64,000 bases of DNA from Felis catus (lineage: Eukaryota). A program made the position numbers and the translations under genes. Below the pieces are notes generated by a model. That model worked only from the letters and a program-made list of their open reading frames with translations, was not told the DNA's origin and did not search any database. The stretch is taken from assembly GCF_018350175.1 (NCBI RefSeq), contig NC_058368.1, forward strand, positions 216,134,001-216,198,000, read 5' to 3'. This document shows positions 62,501 to 64,000 of the stretch, one piece after another (positions within the stretch are counted from its first letter, which is position 1; each line of letters opens with the position of its first letter).

Positions 62501-64000
62501 ATGGATGCTTCTGCAACCAAAAGTTTAATGTCAGAAACATTACAATTAAAAAGTTTAATGCCAGCACTATAATATGGAATAAATTAATTTTACTATTTAA
62601 AAAATACTACAAAATGGAACTGGAGAACAGTTTTAAATGTCCAATGCACTTGTTTTATTTATATTTCTGTAGATGATTTTTAGTTTTCTTCATATGTAAA
62701 ACATATCATCTGTATGCAACATTTTATTTTCTGTAGTTATATGTATATTGTATATAACTTTTTAAATCTTGAAGGATGAGTATAAGTAATCTCTTTCACT
62801 TCAATAGCCATAACATCAGATTTGGAGTTTATTTAATAAATAAAATGTGATAATTATCTGTATCCTTACTGAATTTAAGAAACCTAATTCCTTCATGCAT
62901 TACAGAAAGCTGTATCATTCCATTACCTACAATTTCCACAAAATATCATGTGACGAAATTTTAGCTCTATCTTGAATAAGCTTGGGCCTTTTACCAAAAT
63001 CAGCCTTATCACTAATATCTTACTGACTCTCCTCACAAGAGAGGAATGCAAATCTGGAATTATGTTCTTTTTATGGCTTGACTCCATCTTTTCTGGAGTT
63101 GACTATCAGAAAAGGAATAATTTCCTCTAATTTTATCTTCCTGTTCTCTTTCTTGATCATACCAAAAATAACTTTCAATTAAGCGACTTGGAAAAAAAAG
63201 TCGTAACATCACTAGGTACCGTAGTAGGATTTAGTATTTAGGATTTAGGCACCAAATCCCCAAATTCCTGAATATATTTTCATTCATTTCCTTAATATAG
63301 GGTTTCAAAATCCTACTTTTTGTGCACTATGTATATCACTAGGCAACTTCTTTTAGGGGAGCGGGGATTCTTTATTAATGTTTCATCCAATATTGTATTT
63401 GTGTAATATAAAACAATTATTTTTAGTTTGTTTTTATATTTGATAGAAAGCTTTCATATAGTGTTCTTAATTTTTCATCATAAAAATCTCTATATTGATT
63501 GAGCACTGGGAAAAGTTAACTGGCAACCATGAAGGAATATAACAGGAGGGCCAGGAGTGGCTCAGGCAACCTTTCTAGGATGAAAAGACTAGAACTTTGG
63601 CAGTTACCATTTTTCACTTCCTTGCCTTCCAGTGGCCCTCCTTTTGTACATTAACAAAAATAGTACCTATCCCGATGTAATCAGACATCTGGGAAGAAGG
63701 GACAGAGTAGGGGAGCAGGTGAACACAATCGTTGCCTTGGGTAATGCTGAGGCCACAAATAGCTTTGTTGGAGGATATGTTGAAATAAACATATGTGACT
63801 TAAAAAAAAACCAAACCTCTATATTGATAGAACAAACATTGTTCTATTCTGTAATTCAGAAAAGTTATTTCATATAGTTAGATTCTCCAGTTATGTTTGT
63901 GTGTGTGTGTGTACTTGTTGGTCAGTAAAATACTTTCTTATGAGAAAACAAAGAGGTCACATAAATTGTATGTAATTATATATGTGTATGTATGTGTATG

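Noticed and set aside
63608..63725. Possible plus-strand exon (pyrimidine tract + CAG at ~63632, CAG/GTGAAC at ~63718)
   Set aside because: Weak donor, no recognisable peptide and no partner exons.

Overview
AT-rich, gene-poor mammalian DNA. The abundant tRNA-derived CanSINEs of the SINEC_Fc type and the cat-type L1s point to Felidae. I can support no functional protein-coding exon, RNA gene or CRISPR array. Main contents: (1) two full-length, same-strand, dead L1 elements (4641-10765 and 48475-54402) with different target-site duplications (TSDs); (2) two head-to-tail processed pseudogenes on the minus strand that the ORF track only shows in fragments, an old ANXA11 retrocopy (~43820-46570, split by a 410-bp solo LTR) and an H3.3/H3F3A retrocopy (42643-43647, with a SINE in its 3' UTR); (3) about 17 CanSINEs, several MaLR/ERVL LTRs, a Tigger-type MITE, old L1/L2/MIR debris and microsatellites. 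Most interesting: the two independently inserted L1s share three identical ORF2-inactivating lesions while their ORF1s are clearly more divergent, which suggests gene conversion or a defective source mobilised in trans. Second, an LTR-initiated ORF reads in frame into the complete last annexin repeat. Repeat family names and parental-gene comparisons come from my recall of the sequences, not from a database search. Divergence figures are rough hand counts.
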